Assembly (NCBI RefSeq): GCF_013365495.1
Contig: NZ_CP046580.1
Coordinates: 150,001-182,000, forward strand
Direction of reading: 5' to 3'
DNA: 32,000 bases
Source: Candidatus Saccharimonadota bacterium
Lineage (GTDB): Bacteria > Pseudomonadota > Alphaproteobacteria > Rickettsiales > Anaplasmataceae
The notes under the pieces: generated by a model
Databases searched by the model: none
Seen by the model: the letters and a program-made list of their open reading frames with translations, nothing else
What the model was told of the DNA's origin: nothing
Made by a program: the position numbers and the translations under genes
Shown: positions 31,737 to 32,000 of the stretch, piece after piece
How the letters are laid out: each line of letters begins with the position of its first letter
Numbering within the stretch: the stretch's first letter is position 1

Positions 31737-32000
31737 AAAAAATTTATATATTAATAAACTAGATTAAAATTGCTGATAAATTTGTTAGGAACTTACTTTA
31801 ACAGTAAAAGCACTGGTTATATTTAATATATGTAAGCAAAAGGATTATATTAATACTTAATTTCGTGTTTACTAGAAGATTATGTTTTTAATAAAAAAAC
31901 TTCTTACTTTTAGGTAAGCAGTTATAGTCATTTCAAGCAGTAAAAATACCAATTCTGATTCAAAAATTAATTTCTTCACAAAAAAATAATGCTCTTTTTG

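Overview
This is a very AT-rich chromosomal segment from a reduced-genome alphaproteobacterium. By inference it belongs to the Rickettsiales/Anaplasmataceae and is Ehrlichia-like. The grounds are scattered nuo genes, RNase J, PccB, CcmA, a ProP-like MFS transporter, tRNA genes without encoded CCA, and unusually long ORF-free spacers.

I can support 20 protein-coding genes: secA, nrdB, bamE, a small DEDD 3'-5' exonuclease, trxA, uvrD, qor, pdxH, mutM, pccB, ccmA, one orphan membrane protein, aspS, an MFS transporter, infC, thrS, nuoI, fabI, rnj and nuoF. I can also support 5 single-copy tRNA genes: Gly-GCC, Met/Ile2-CAT, Pro-TGG, initiator fMet-CAT and Thr-GGT.

From my coordinates, about two thirds of the window is genic. 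The rest sits in six long AT-rich tracts with no ORF of 60 codons or more: 1-1338, 3991-4680, 11522-13662, 13737-14447, 17763-19000 and 29158-30461.

I found no transposase, integrase, phage gene, CRISPR array, toxin-antitoxin pair, defence island or secretion island. I cannot honestly claim a novel multi-gene system here.

The leads most worth a second look are:
- The 2.1 kb ORF-free tract bracketed by tRNA-Pro and the initiator tRNA.
- An initiator tRNA with only two of the three canonical G-C pairs in its anticodon stem, in the same window as an infC gene that starts on TTG.
- A thioredoxin with a CRPC active site instead of CGPC.
- A heterogeneous, tightly packed fabI-nuoI-thrS-infC string.
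- An orphan membrane protein 4 nt upstream of ccmA.
- Small tandem duplications and a partial T-arm copy inside the spacers.
- Several start-codon ambiguities (secA, nrdB, ccmA, rnj).
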